Shown: piece after piece, positions 20,070-31,119 of the stretch
How positions within the stretch are numbered: position 1 is the stretch's first letter
Layout: the number at the start of each line of letters is the position of its first letter
Assembly: GCA_023250035.1 (NCBI GenBank)
Contig: JAHFBK010000002.1
Coordinates: forward strand, 1-43,855
Length of the DNA stretch: 43,855 bases
Reading direction: 5' to 3'
Source of the DNA: Candidatus Dadabacteria bacterium
GTDB lineage: Bacteria; Desulfobacterota_D; UBA1144; Nemesobacterales; CSP1-2
The notes under the pieces: generated by a model
The model's input: the letters and a program-made list of their open reading frames with translations, nothing else
What the model was told of the DNA's origin: nothing
Database searches by the model: none
Made by a program: the position numbers and the translations under genes

Positions 20070-22073
20070 ATGCAAAACCAAAATGAGGTTGAAACAATGG
20101 AAGACTTAAAAGACGGGGTAAACGAGAAGTTAAGCAAGCTGGCAGCCTCAATGAAGCCAGCGGCAGTTAATTTAATCTTAGCTGGTGCTATTGCTTTGTT
20201 GGTATGTATTTTGATAATCTCCACTACGAGTAAGGCTGACGAGGTGTCCTTTGAGGGATGTGACTCTGCCTCGACCGATTTACGTGACGGCCCTGTCACA
20301 GTAGAAGTATGCTGGCCTGATGGGGGAGAGGATGAAGCCTCTGTCTATCTGAACTTGGCTATAGATGCCCTGCCTCTGATCGAGGAATTTGCAAGATTTT
20401 CCCCTGTTGATTCCTTGCTTCGTATTGAACTGGGTCACAACCATAGTGATACGCTTCTTAATACTGTTAGAATAGCAGGATGCTTAGACCTACATGGGTG
20501 TACTGTAGAAGGGCAATTCTGGCTTCTTCTCCATGAGCTAACCCACAGCTTCGTGCCCTCTAGTATTTCCAGCAGTTGGTTTACTGAGACTACAGCAAAC
20601 ATAATAGCCCTCGTAGTTCTGGCACAGCTTGGACAAAGTGAAAACTTTGACACCCCTCATGATGCAGTGGAGCAGCGAGTTATAAGTAGTGAGGAGAGGG
20701 CAACAAGAGAAGGCTGGATTGATGAAGCTGGCTCAGCCGTTACGCATCTGTCTGATTTACCACCCTACCCCGACGCCGAAGAATATCTGATCGGTTCAGT
20801 TGTAGGCGACGTTTTTCTCGGCAAGATATATCTACTCCTAGGTCATAACCTCTTCTCAGAGGCTTATGCATCTTTAGCGAGCTTGAGCCCAACCTCGGAT
20901 GCCCCACTGACTAAAGAAGATATACGGGATGCCTTTCTTGACCGGACAGGTCAGCTAGCTTGTGCCTACCGGGAACTAGTATGGTTATATTTAGACCACG
21001 ATGACCCGGTTAACTGCAATCTAGACCCGGACTCCTATGAACCGAACGATAGCTTCAACGTAGCCGCTACAATCGGTCCCGGTCGCTATAACCTATCTCT
21101 TCACGAAGCATCTGATATGGACCTCTTTTCTATTTCAGTTCCTGCGGGCCATACATTGGGAGTATATATTAGCAGCCTTCTAAGTAGAAGTGTTAATTCA
21201 TTTCTCTACGATTCTGACATTATATCCATTGCTGATTTTAGTGTTGATGAGGATGGAAACATAACGGCTGAACACACAACTGACTTTCCAGATACTAGCT
21301 TCCTTGCGATATCTAGCGAACAGGGAAGTATTTTACTATACGATTTAACAGTTGAGATTTATGGTGCAGACCGTCTTGCTGAGGACGACTATGAGGACAA
21401 CGACTCCTTGGACGATGCAGTAGAGATAGCAACAGGCTTACATTTGAATCTTACTATCGACACCCCCTGGGATGACGACTGGTACTATATAGAGGTCCCA
21501 GCTAACCACTGGCTTGAAATTGAGATATCCGATATGCGTGAGTATGCTGAGCTAGATGCTTGGATATACTCAAACGGAAGACCAGTCGAAGTCGCAAGAC
21601 CGGAGGGTGAAGAGGGGGATGTAAAAAGAGCACGAGCCTTCGTCCATCCCTGCCATAGTGCTAAAACACTAATGATTTATGTAACAGGTGTTTTAGGTGA
21701 ATATGCACGGTATATAAGTGAATACAACTTTGAAATAAACTTAGTTGAAGAAGGATTCAATCCACAGAGGCTTTGCGATATTGCCAGGCTACTTGCAGAG
21801 AGTGATCAGTCTTACGTTTTCAACCTTTTTGCTGGATTCCCTGAAAGGATATGGGTTGAACCTTGTTTAACCTGTCCATTTAAGCAAGGTATAGACAAGG
21901 GGATGAAGATAAAAGTTTTTGTTGAAGAAGATGGCAAGAAATTGTTGGTTGGTACTGTTCCTACGCTGGTTCAATCCAGGAGGGGTCTAAACTCGTTAAC
22001 CTACCGGTTGAACAAGTTAGCTAAGGAGTGGATGCCCGGGGTTTTATTAAATAAATCCGAATACAAAAAATGA
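20070..22073 (+). CDS. Secreted acidic zinc metalloprotease-like protein with two PPC-like repeats; start possibly ATG 20151
   Basis: Signal-like MKPAAVNLILAGAIALLVCILIISTTSKA; HELTH followed by WFTE; DSYEPNDSF..A and DDYEDNDSL..A repeats, each followed by D-x-D-(L/W)-(F/Y). Confidence 0.7.
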   Translation: MQNQNEVETMEDLKDGVNEKLSKLAASMKPAAVNLILAGAIALLVCILIISTTSKADEVSFEGCDSASTDLRDGPVTVEVCWPDGGEDEASVYLNLAIDALPLIEEFARFSPVDSLLRIELGHNHSDTLLNTVRIAGCLDLHGCTVEGQFWLLLHELTHSFVPSSISSSWFTETTANIIALVVLAQLGQSENFDTPHDAVEQRVISSEERATREGWIDEAGSAVTHLSDLPPYPDAEEYLIGSVVGDVFLGKIYLLLGHNLFSEAYASLASLSPTSDAPLTKEDIRDAFLDRTGQLACAYRELVWLYLDHDDPVNCNLDPDSYEPNDSFNVAATIGPGRYNLSLHEASDMDLFSISVPAGHTLGVYISSLLSRSVNSFLYDSDIISIADFSVDEDGNITAEHTTDFPDTSFLAISSEQGSILLYDLTVEIYGADRLAEDDYEDNDSLDDAVEIATGLHLNLTIDTPWDDDWYYIEVPANHWLEIEISDMREYAELDAWIYSNGRPVEVARPEGEEGDVKRARAFVHPCHSAKTLMIYVTGVLGEYARYISEYNFEINLVEEGFNPQRLCDIARLLAESDQSYVFNLFAGFPERIWVEPCLTCPFKQGIDKGMKIKVFVEEDGKKLLVGTVPTLVQSRRGLNSLTYRLNKLAKEWMPGVLLNKSEYKK

Positions 22074-22102
22074 CACTCAATTATTAATAGAAATTGCTAG
22101 AG

Positions 22103-22135
22103 AGGCAGTTGAGCCCAAAACTTAGCTGCCTTTTT
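22103..22135 (+). terminator. Intrinsic terminator
   Basis: aggcagttgag-loop-cttagctgcct followed by tttt. Confidence 0.7.
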
Positions 22136-22340
22136 GTTTCCTCACCTCCGCATCAAAAAAGGATTCTGCTATCACGCTGCTGAGTCATACATGGGGTTAA
22201 TATTAACTGGAGTAATGAAATAATAGGATTAGATGATAGAGACTATTTTTTTCTAACCTCTAATCCCTTTCTAATTCTTGAAACTTGTGGGTGAGTGGTA
22301 TAGATTTACATAAAAATATTAACAAAAGGCGAGAATAATA

Positions 22341-23942
22341 ATGATTCTTGATATGTTAAGGAAGGGTCAGACCTGGGTTACAAAGGGGATCTTGATCGTT
22401 CTTGCGATCACCTTTGCTTTCGGATTTGGGTTTAGCTTCAGTAAATTTGGCTTTGGAGGGAGGGTTTCTGAAGGGACTGCTGCGGACGTAAATGGCCATA
22501 AGATATCCCTTTTAGATTTCTATAGGACTAGAGAACGTCTTCGCGCGCAATATCGGGAGAGTGGTGTTCCCGAAGAGGCTTTAAATCAGAACTTTATTGA
22601 TATGACAGCACTAAATCAACTCATTGACTTACAACTACTTTCTCAAAAGGCTAAAGAGCTTGGCTTTATGGTAACTGATGAGGAACTAAGTGAAGCAATA
22701 AGGTCTAACCCAGTTTTTCAGGTAGATGGGCAGTTTATTGACGCTAATGAATACAGGGCTTTCGTAGTGCAGAGGTTAAATCAATCTGTAAGCGATTTCG
22801 AGAAAAGTTATAGAGAAGAACTGCTTGCTCAAAAATTAGTAAAGCTAATGTTTGAAACACTTAACGTTACAGACGAAGAGCTGTTTGATACCTATAAAAT
22901 CAGTAATGAAAAGGTAAATCTTAATTTTGTCACTATCTCACCTGAAGATTTTAAAGATTCTTACACACCAAATGAGGAAGAGATAAAAAAATACTATGAA
23001 AATAATAAAAGCGAGTTTAAAACATCTGAACTTAGGAGTGTTCGCTACGTTATTATATCTCCCGATGATTTTATAAATAGAGTGGATGTGTCTCAAGAAG
23101 AAATAAAGTCTTATTACGAAGCACATCCTGATAAATTTAGATCTAATGAAAATGAAAGTCGGCCACTATCAGAGGTAAAAGGCGAGGTGGAAGTGGATAT
23201 TAAGAAGGAGGGTGGAAAGGCGTTATTCAGGGAATTCCATGAAAATCTTAAAGAGTCAGTTGATAAGAAGTCCATCGATGAGATAACAAATGAAAATGGT
23301 TTAGGAGAAGTAAAAGTTGTAGGTCCAATTTCTGTTACTGAAAAGCTTGACGATATTCCATCTAAGGTGGTTGAAAAGGCGTTTACGATTAAACAAGGAG
23401 AAAAGGCCTTTGCTCAAGTAGGAGAGAAAATATACATTATTCAGGTTTCTGAGGTAGTTCCATCTAGGGGAAAGACCTTGAAAGAGACAGAGGGTGAAAT
23501 CAGTAAGCGCCTTCAGTCTATGAAGGCAAAAGAGGTTGCTATGGCGAAGGCTAATGATTTACTTAATAAGGCAAAAATGAATGGTGGGAATTTGGAAGAA
23601 GCTGCGATATCCTTTGGTCTTAAATTGCAGGAGACAGGTTATTTTTCCAGACTTGAACGTGTTCCTGAAATCAACTCGGATGAGATAAAAGTAGATGCGT
23701 TTTTCCTTGACAAAAAAAATCCTCTGGCTTCTAAGGTCTATGAAACCGATGAAAAAATTTATATAGTGTCCCTTAAAGAAGAACAGGATGCAGATCCCAA
23801 AAGGTTTGAGGAAGAAAAGGGTCAGCTAAGAGAAGAAGAACTTTCTCAAAGAAAAAAAGAGCTTTATCTGGACTGGATTCAAAGACTCAGGCAGGAGTCG
23901 AAAATCAATATCAATGATAAGCTTTTACTACCTCAAGGGTGA
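22341..23942 (+). CDS. ppiD: PpiD-like membrane-anchored periplasmic chaperone (SurA_N domain)
   Basis: MILDMLRK N-terminal anchor, ADVNG..IS, ALNQLID..LL...A..LG..VTDEE, F..DGQF, C-terminal WIQRLR. Confidence 0.8.
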   Translation: MILDMLRKGQTWVTKGILIVLAITFAFGFGFSFSKFGFGGRVSEGTAADVNGHKISLLDFYRTRERLRAQYRESGVPEEALNQNFIDMTALNQLIDLQLLSQKAKELGFMVTDEELSEAIRSNPVFQVDGQFIDANEYRAFVVQRLNQSVSDFEKSYREELLAQKLVKLMFETLNVTDEELFDTYKISNEKVNLNFVTISPEDFKDSYTPNEEEIKKYYENNKSEFKTSELRSVRYVIISPDDFINRVDVSQEEIKSYYEAHPDKFRSNENESRPLSEVKGEVEVDIKKEGGKALFREFHENLKESVDKKSIDEITNENGLGEVKVVGPISVTEKLDDIPSKVVEKAFTIKQGEKAFAQVGEKIYIIQVSEVVPSRGKTLKETEGEISKRLQSMKAKEVAMAKANDLLNKAKMNGGNLEEAAISFGLKLQETGYFSRLERVPEINSDEIKVDAFFLDKKNPLASKVYETDEKIYIVSLKEEQDADPKRFEEEKGQLREEELSQRKKELYLDWIQRLRQESKININDKLLLPQG

Positions 23943-24145
23943 TAAATCAAGTAGTATGATTTTAGGGGGCGGAGGAAAATGCAGCACATAAACATTCTAT
24001 TACCCGAAGCTATCAGTCAATTTTTATTGTTTAGAACAAAATTTAATCTCGACCATAGATTATAAGTAAAGGTTTATTGTATACTTTAAAAATGTAAGAG
24101 AAAGAACTCGGGTTTTGATCCAATTTCTTTGAGAAGTGATGTAAG

Positions 24146-24192
24146 ACACCATATATAGTAGTTTTCTACTAATACACCACATCAATTTGTAT
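24146..24192. promoter_or_regulatory. Tandem NrdR-box-like sites upstream of smc
   Basis: acaccatatatagtag (24146-61) matches acaCwAtATaTwGtg; weaker ccacatcaatttgtat starts 31 nt downstream. Confidence 0.5.
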
Positions 24193-24199
24193 ATATTTA

Positions 24200-24228
24200 T
24201 TTACAACCTATTATGAATATGATATTAT
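24200..24228 (+). promoter_or_regulatory. Sigma70-type promoter for smc
   Basis: tttaca-17 nt-tattat with extended TGn. Confidence 0.5.
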
Positions 24229-24241
24229 TCAATTTTAAAGA

Positions 24242-27200
24242 ATGAGAATTAGGTCTCTCGAACTGATTGGTTTTAAATCCTTCTATGAAAAAACTACTGT
24301 TCAGTTTCAGGATGGAATAAATGCCATAGTTGGTCCCAATGGGTGTGGGAAATCCAACATATTAGATGCGATACGTTGGGTTCTCGGGGAGCAGAATCCC
24401 AGGCGCCTAAGAGCGGAGGGGATGGAAGAGGTCGTATCTAATGGGGGAGAGACCTCAAAACCCTTTGGAATGGCAGAGGTTTCCTTAGTGCTAACAGACG
24501 CTTTGCATAAAGGGTATGAAGAGGTTGTAATCAAGCGAAGGCTCTTTCGTTCTGGGGAGAGCGAGTATTACATAAACGGCACACCTTGCAGGTTAAAGGA
24601 CATAACTGAGATGTTTTTAGATACGGGTGCAGGCGCAAGGGCCTATTCTACCGTAGACCAAGGAAAGGTGGAGCATCTAATTACAGCAAAACCTGAAGAA
24701 AAGAGGACATTGATTGAAGAGGCTGCAGGGATAGTGAGATATAGGGTAAGACGTCGTGAGACTGAAAGAAAGATTGAATCTACTAAAGAGAATCTGAGAC
24801 GCTTGAAAGATGTTATGGATGAAATAAATCGGCAGATGGGTAGCCTAAGCCGTCAGGCAAGGGATGCAGAGGGGTTTAAACGCCTTTCGGAAGAAGCCAG
24901 GAGCCTTGAGTTGAGGATAATCTACTCAAAGCTTTATAAAATGGAAGAAGAAAAAAATAGGCTTCTTCAAGAGAAATCAGAGCTCGAAGAAGAGGTTCTT
25001 TCTTTGTCTGGACAAATAAAGAACAAAGAATCCATTTATGAACATATCGAAGCAGAGGTCCATCTTGTCGAACATGGGCTGGAGGAGTTGGGGAAAGAGA
25101 TTTACGATCTCAAATCGGAGCTACAAGCAAAAGAGGCTCTTGGAGAGCTTGTAAGGAGTGAGGTTTCAGGGATTGATGAACTTATTAAGAGGTTGGAAAA
25201 AGAAATTGAATTACTACTGGAAGAGAGCGAAAGGGTAAATATTCAAATTAATCTCAAGCAAAAGATTTTGGAGGAGGTTAAGGCAGACCTATCCAATAAA
25301 GAACATGAGCTTAAGCGAAGAGAAGAGGTCCTTTCTGAAATCAAGGCTGGGTTTACAAAAAACCAGACTGAGCTTGAGGGTATAAGGACATCACTCTTTG
25401 AAATGTTGGATAAGTACAGTTCTCTAAGGGGTAGTGCTTTAGGATACGAAAGGGAGCTGTCTGAACTTCGATCAAGAAGGCAAAGAACAAACAAAGAGAT
25501 TGGAGAAGTAGAAATTGAGAAGAAAAAAACAATATCACGAATCTCGGAGCTTCAAGGTTATGTGAACGCTGACGAGGAGCGTAGAATCAAAGTTGAGGGA
25601 AGGAAAGAAGCTATCGGATTATCTCTCGCTTCTTTAAGTGCCACTCAAGGGTCGAAAAGAAATGAAATAGAAGGGCTAAGCGAGCGTTTTAAAGAGGCGC
25701 AGTCTAGGCTTAACGTTCTAAAACAGATTGAGACAAGCTACGAATGGCTTCCCGAAGGAATAAGGAGATTTTTACTTGAGAAAAAGGGGAACGGAATTTT
25801 AGGGGTGATTGCAGATTTTATATCAGTTCCAAAGGGCTATGAGCGGGCACTTGAGGCAGCATTTGGTGAGAAGCTTAAATGGGCGATTGTTAGAGAAAGC
25901 GAGGAAGCACTGAGTGCAGTTGAACATTTGAGAGAGCTATCCCTTGGAAGAGGCACGTTTGTCCCTATTAATAACACAAGAAAGATTGAGGTTCTTGATA
26001 AAAATGGAAATGGAATTTTGCCTCTCAGTGACATAGTTAAGATTGAGGGAATAGATAAAGACATAATTGACAACATGCTGACTAATGTGTTTGTTGTATC
26101 TTCTCTTAGAGAGGCTCTAAACCTCAAAGACACAATTCAAAATGGCGCCTCTTTTGTCACAATGGGAGGAGATATGCTTGACTCTACCGGTGCGATATCG
26201 GGTGGGCTTACTATCGAAGGTGTGTTTGAGAGAAAAAGGGAAATTGAAGAACTAACAATAGATACTCAAAACCTTGAAGCGGGGCTCTCAAGGATTTCAA
26301 AGGAGATAGAGTCAAATCAGGAAGAGGTTGAAAAACTGCAACTTACGCTTAGGGATCTAGAAAATGAGTTAATAGAGATTGAGATAAAGGGAGCCGAGAT
26401 TAAGACAGATATTACTAATCTTCAAGATAACATCGCAAAAACCAATATGAGATATGAGGTAGTTGAATTTGATTTAAGTGAGATAGATTCTGAAATTCTT
26501 GATAGAGAAGGAAAACTACAAGAAGCACAAGAGGCTATAAAACAAGTTGAAGATCAGAAGATATTTCTTGAGGAAAAATATGCAAAATTAAAAGAAGGTG
26601 CGGAGAAGCTTGAAGAGGAGGAGAAACATATAGAGATAAAAATCACAGATCTCAAGGTTGAACTTGCAGCGCTTATTGAAAAAGAAAAAGGCATCAATGA
26701 AGACCTAGGTGAGCTAGGAAGAAGGCAGAATCATATAAGAGAAAGGATTGAGATTGAGGCTAAGGAGGTTGAAAAGAAAAAACAGGAAAAACTGAATTTC
26801 ATTAAATCAGAAGAAGATGCAAAGCGAGAGGCTAAAGCTGTTTTATCTATTCTTAGCCAGAAGGATGAAGAACTATTAGTTAAGAGAAGTGAGAAGGAAG
26901 AGCTTTTATTGCAAATTAAAACTTCTCTCGGAGATAGAGAAAGGTTAAGGGAAGAGATAAAAGGGTTTGAAAAGAAGATCAGCGCTCTTGATCTTAAGCT
27001 AAACGGCCTTCAAATTGAAATCGAGCATCTTCGAGAAACAATTTGTGAAAACAGTTCCTATCCTGGTCACGATGACGATAATGAGGCTCTTAGGTCTATT
27101 GATCCAGAAGGTTTAAAAAGCCTAGTTACTGAAGGTGAAGAAGCAAGGCTCCTTAAACTTAAAGAAAAGATAGAGAAATTTGGTCCCGTGAATCTCCTTG

Positions 27201-27778
27201 CACCTGTGGAGTACAAGAATCTCGAAGAAAGGTTTAAATTCTTAGGCGCTCAGAATGAGGATTTAGTAAATGCTATCTCATCACTTAAGAAGGCTATGAA
27301 TAAGATAGACAAGGAGTCTGAAAAAAGATTCAACGCTACGTTTGAAGTTCTGAATAAAAAGTTTCAAGAGGTCTTCAGCAGGATGTTTAGAGGTGGCGAG
27401 GCAAAGCTTGTTCTTACAAATAGCGAAGACCTCCTCGAAACCGGTGTTGATGTCATGGTAAGACCGAAAGGGAAAAGGTTTCAATCAGTAAACCTGCTTT
27501 CAGGCGGAGAAAAAGCCCTTTCAGCGATTGCTCTTGTACTTTCTGCTTGCTTTATAAGACCCGCCCCATTTCTTCTATTTGACGAGATTGACGCACCTTT
27601 AGACGATGCAAATACTAGTCAGGTTACCGATTTGCTTGAGGAAGCAACAAAGGATTCTCAGATTATAATTATTACTCACAATAAAAAAACTATGAAGGTT
27701 GCAAGAACACTAGTTGGAATAACTTCTGATGGTAGAAGCACATCCAAGGTAGTTTCCGTTGAGCTTAGGGGTAATTAG
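24242..27778 (+). CDS. smc: Chromosome segregation protein SMC
   Basis: GFKSF, GPNGCGKSN, coiled coils, hinge GDMLDSTGAISGG, GPVN, LSGGEK, LLFDEIDAPLD. Confidence 0.97.
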   Translation: MRIRSLELIGFKSFYEKTTVQFQDGINAIVGPNGCGKSNILDAIRWVLGEQNPRRLRAEGMEEVVSNGGETSKPFGMAEVSLVLTDALHKGYEEVVIKRRLFRSGESEYYINGTPCRLKDITEMFLDTGAGARAYSTVDQGKVEHLITAKPEEKRTLIEEAAGIVRYRVRRRETERKIESTKENLRRLKDVMDEINRQMGSLSRQARDAEGFKRLSEEARSLELRIIYSKLYKMEEEKNRLLQEKSELEEEVLSLSGQIKNKESIYEHIEAEVHLVEHGLEELGKEIYDLKSELQAKEALGELVRSEVSGIDELIKRLEKEIELLLEESERVNIQINLKQKILEEVKADLSNKEHELKRREEVLSEIKAGFTKNQTELEGIRTSLFEMLDKYSSLRGSALGYERELSELRSRRQRTNKEIGEVEIEKKKTISRISELQGYVNADEERRIKVEGRKEAIGLSLASLSATQGSKRNEIEGLSERFKEAQSRLNVLKQIETSYEWLPEGIRRFLLEKKGNGILGVIADFISVPKGYERALEAAFGEKLKWAIVRESEEALSAVEHLRELSLGRGTFVPINNTRKIEVLDKNGNGILPLSDIVKIEGIDKDIIDNMLTNVFVVSSLREALNLKDTIQNGASFVTMGGDMLDSTGAISGGLTIEGVFERKREIEELTIDTQNLEAGLSRISKEIESNQEEVEKLQLTLRDLENELIEIEIKGAEIKTDITNLQDNIAKTNMRYEVVEFDLSEIDSEILDREGKLQEAQEAIKQVEDQKIFLEEKYAKLKEGAEKLEEEEKHIEIKITDLKVELAALIEKEKGINEDLGELGRRQNHIRERIEIEAKEVEKKKQEKLNFIKSEEDAKREAKAVLSILSQKDEELLVKRSEKEELLLQIKTSLGDRERLREEIKGFEKKISALDLKLNGLQIEIEHLRETICENSSYPGHDDDNEALRSIDPEGLKSLVTEGEEARLLKLKEKIEKFGPVNLLAPVEYKNLEERFKFLGAQNEDLVNAISSLKKAMNKIDKESEKRFNATFEVLNKKFQEVFSRMFRGGEAKLVLTNSEDLLETGVDVMVRPKGKRFQSVNLLSGGEKALSAIALVLSACFIRPAPFLLFDEIDAPLDDANTSQVTDLLEEATKDSQIIIITHNKKTMKVARTLVGITSDGRSTSKVVSVELRGN

Positions 27779-28054
27779 GTCTACCATCAACTATTTAAAA
27801 TCCTTGAGCGTCATTATATGGTATAATTTACTTTATAGAAATTAGTAAGTTAGCTTTAGGGACGTTTGCTAATACACGCTCATCAATGAATTTAGCTATA
27901 AAGATACCAATCTACCTTCTTCTTATTGGATTCAATGTGGTTGACTAGTCTTATTTAGTAGCGATTCCTTACTAAACATAAATAGTTGAAAATTGTTTAT
28001 CTTTTGCCATTTCATTCTTATTTACGAAACACAGAATAAATAGACACCATCTAC

Positions 28055-28083
28055 TTGTTATAAGGGGGTTTTGGGCTTATAAT
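28055..28083 (+). promoter_or_regulatory. Sigma70-type promoter for secA
   Basis: ttgtta-17 nt-tataat. Confidence 0.45.
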
Positions 28084-28116
28084 TTTAAACGGTTTTTGTA
28101 TTATTGGAGGTTTTAT

Positions 28117-30969
28117 ATGTTTAACTACATTATGAAAAAGATTATAGGGACCCAGAACGAGAGAGAGATTAACAAACTACGTTCTGTTGTTTTACACGCA
28201 AACGAGATTGAGCCTGAATTAATAAGGCTTTCAACCTCGGGGCTCATGGACAAAACCGATTATTATAAAGAATCAATAAAAAACCAACTTAACGAACATC
28301 GTGAACAAGACGAAGGTGAATATTTCAAGAAGATGGAGGAGATCCTATGGGAAATCCTGCCCGAAGCCTTTGCCGTAGTCCGAGAGGCATCTCGAAGAAC
28401 CTTAGGAATGCGCCATTTTGATGTTCAGATTATAGGCGGCATAATCCTTCATCAAGGAAAGATCACAGAGATGAAAACAGGTGAAGGAAAGACTCTTGTT
28501 GCTGCTTTACCTCTTTATTTAAATGGTATCACTGGCTTTGGCGGGCATCTGGTTACAGTAAATGACTATCTTGCTAGACGTGACGCAATATGGATGGGGC
28601 CCATTTATAAACTCCTTGGACTCAAGGTTGGTGTTATAAATCACGAGATTTCATATCTTGTAGAGTGGGAAGACCCTGAAAGGGCAGAACAGGCAATGAA
28701 GAAGAATCTCAGTGTTTGGCCTAATGAGTATATTGGACTCGATTTGCCGCCTGAAAGAAACCTTGAGGCATTTGCTGCTTATAAGACAAAGTTGGTCGAG
28801 AGCACAAGGAAGGAGGCCTACCTAGCCAATGCCACTTATGGGACAAACAACGAATTTGGCTTTGACTACCTTCGCGATAACATGAAATTTTCCCTTGAAG
28901 ACTATGTTCAAAGAGAACACAGTTATGGAATTGTGGATGAAGTAGATAGCATACTGATAGATGAGGCAAGAACGCCTTTAATAATATCAGGTCCTTCAGA
29001 AGAATCTACTCAGCTCTACTATCAGATAGATAATGTTGTGAGAAAGCTTAGAAAAGAGGTTGACTTTACTATTGATGAAAAAACCCGTCAGGTAACACTT
29101 ACCGAAGAGGGTGCAACAAAGGTTGAGAGGGTGCTTAGTGTAAATAATATCTATGACACTATACATCTAGAGCTACTTCATCACGTGATTCAGGCTCTTC
29201 GCGCGCATAACCTCTTTCAAAATGATGTGGATTATATAGTGAAAGAGGGAAAGGTAATAATTGTGGATGAGTTCACTGGAAGACTTATGCCGGGAAGAAG
29301 ATGGAGCGATGGGCTTCATCAGGCGATCGAGGCGAAAGAGGGTGTCGAGATAGAAAGTGAAAATCAGACACTAGCTACAATCACGATTCAAAACTATTTC
29401 AGAATGTATAGAAAACTCGCCGGGATGACGGGAACCGCCGACACAGAGGCGCTTGAGTTTAAGAAGATTTATAACCTAGATGTAGCAGTCATCCCCACGC
29501 ACAAACCTATGATAAGGATTGACTCCAATGATTCAGTGTATAAAACTGAGCGTGAGAAGTTTAATGCGGTTGTTGATGGAATAAAAGACCTTCACACTCA
29601 GGGAAGACCTGTACTTGTGGGAACCACATCTATTGAGAAATCAGAGAAGCTAAACAAGATGCTTGATAAACTTAGAATCAATCACCAAGTCCTGAATGCA
29701 AAGCAGCATGAAAGGGAGGCTGAGATAATAGCCCAGGCAGGGAGGATTGGGTCAGTAACTATTGCTACAAACATGGCTGGTCGAGGAACGGATATCCTCC
29801 TTGGAGGGAACCCAGAGTTTCTTGCAAGGGATATTACACTGAGAAAGTTCAAAATTGAATTACATGAAGCGGAGCCCCATCAATTTGAGGAAGCCATGCT
29901 TGAGGCTAAAGCTATTTGTGAGGATGAGAAGAGAAGGGTTCTTGAGCTAGGCGGTCTTCACATAGTAGGTACGGAACGACATGAAGCTAGACGAATTGAC
30001 AATCAGTTGAGAGGAAGGTCTGGAAGACAGGGTGATCCAGGTTCGTCTCGTTTTTACGTGTCGCTTGAGGATGATTTGATGAGGCTTTTTGCATCTGACA
30101 GAATCTCCCGAATAATGGACAAGCTAGGATGGAATGAAGGGGAACCCATTGAACATAAGCTGATTACTAAATCAATAGAGAATGCCCAGAAGAGGGTTGA
30201 GGCAAGAAACTTTGACATTAGAAAGCACCTTCTTGAATATGATGACGTTTTAAACACACAGAGGGACGTTGTTTACACGAAGAGAAAAGAAATACTTGCC
30301 GGAGAGAATCTTAAGGAAGGCCTCTACGAGATGGTGGATGAACTATTGGACGAAATCGTTCCGATTTATGTTCCTGAAAAAACCAATTCAAACGAGTTGG
30401 ATCTAAAGGGACTAGGCGATGCCATCTTCAGGGATTTCAATGTGCATGTCAGCTTCGATGGTGTTTCTTTTGATGGGATGAAGAACCAAGATATAGTTGA
30501 GATTGTGAGAGAGAAGGTCCGTTCCTCCTATGAGGATAAGGAAAGTCAGATAGGGGGAGAGACCTTAAGACATGTTGAAAGATATATAATGCTTCAGACA
30601 CTTGATTACCTTTGGAAAGACCACCTCCTTAGCATGGATCATTTAAGGGAGGGAATTGGGCTTAGAGGCTATGCTCAGAAGGACCCTCTATATGAATACA
30701 AGAAGGAAGGATACGAGATGTTTTCAGCGATGATGAATCGCTTCAAAGAGGAGGCTTGTGAAAAGTTATTCAGGGTAAAACCTGTGAGCGAAGTAGATAT
30801 GGAACGGCTTGAGAGAAGAAGAAGGCTTGAGCAACAACGTATGGTTTTGAGCAGGGGAGAGGGTGAGGAAAGAAAGGCGCCCATAAGGCGTGATAGAAAA
30901 ATCGGAAGAAACGATCCTTGCTACTGTGGAAGCGGAAAGAAATATAAGAAATGCTGTGGAAGGGCGTAG
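28117..30969 (+). CDS. secA: Preprotein translocase ATPase SecA
   Basis: [55 protein letters not shown] tail [18 protein letters not shown]; ATG 28117 follows SD ggagg (preferred over TTG 28096). Confidence 0.98.
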   Translation: MFNYIMKKIIGTQNEREINKLRSVVLHANEIEPELIRLSTSGLMDKTDYYKESIKNQLNEHREQDEGEYFKKMEEILWEILPEAFAVVREASRRTLGMRHFDVQIIGGIILHQGKITEMKTGEGKTLVAALPLYLNGITGFGGHLVTVNDYLARRDAIWMGPIYKLLGLKVGVINHEISYLVEWEDPERAEQAMKKNLSVWPNEYIGLDLPPERNLEAFAAYKTKLVESTRKEAYLANATYGTNNEFGFDYLRDNMKFSLEDYVQREHSYGIVDEVDSILIDEARTPLIISGPSEESTQLYYQIDNVVRKLRKEVDFTIDEKTRQVTLTEEGATKVERVLSVNNIYDTIHLELLHHVIQALRAHNLFQNDVDYIVKEGKVIIVDEFTGRLMPGRRWSDGLHQAIEAKEGVEIESENQTLATITIQNYFRMYRKLAGMTGTADTEALEFKKIYNLDVAVIPTHKPMIRIDSNDSVYKTEREKFNAVVDGIKDLHTQGRPVLVGTTSIEKSEKLNKMLDKLRINHQVLNAKQHEREAEIIAQAGRIGSVTIATNMAGRGTDILLGGNPEFLARDITLRKFKIELHEAEPHQFEEAMLEAKAICEDEKRRVLELGGLHIVGTERHEARRIDNQLRGRSGRQGDPGSSRFYVSLEDDLMRLFASDRISRIMDKLGWNEGEPIEHKLITKSIENAQKRVEARNFDIRKHLLEYDDVLNTQRDVVYTKRKEILAGENLKEGLYEMVDELLDEIVPIYVPEKTNSNELDLKGLGDAIFRDFNVHVSFDGVSFDGMKNQDIVEIVREKVRSSYEDKESQIGGETLRHVERYIMLQTLDYLWKDHLLSMDHLREGIGLRGYAQKDPLYEYKKEGYEMFSAMMNRFKEEACEKLFRVKPVSEVDMERLERRRRLEQQRMVLSRGEGEERKAPIRRDRKIGRNDPCYCGSGKKYKKCCGRA

Positions 30970-30999
30970 TGATAACATGGCTAAGTTAAATAGCAAGAG

Positions 31000-31082
31000 G
31001 TCATTGCGAGGAGCGATAGCGACGAAGCAATCCCCTCGGGATACAAGAGATTGCTTTGCTCCTTTTAGTCGCTCGCAATGAC
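31000..31082. repeat. GTCATTGCGAG...CTCGCAATGAC palindromic element
   Basis: Perfect 11-bp terminal IR plus inner aagcaatc/gattgctt stem. Confidence 0.85.
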
Positions 31083-31119
31083 ACTTAATAGCATCGTAGC
31101 CTAGGAGGAGGTAGTTAAT

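Noticed and set aside
24242-27778. SMC as part of a Wadjet/MksBEF-type defence system
   Set aside because: It is a canonical housekeeping SMC with an intact hinge and no jet or mks neighbours; unlinked scpAB is common
28044-28059. NrdR-box-like acaccatctacttgtt before secA
   Set aside because: The right half is out of register, there is no partner box, and it overlaps the predicted -35
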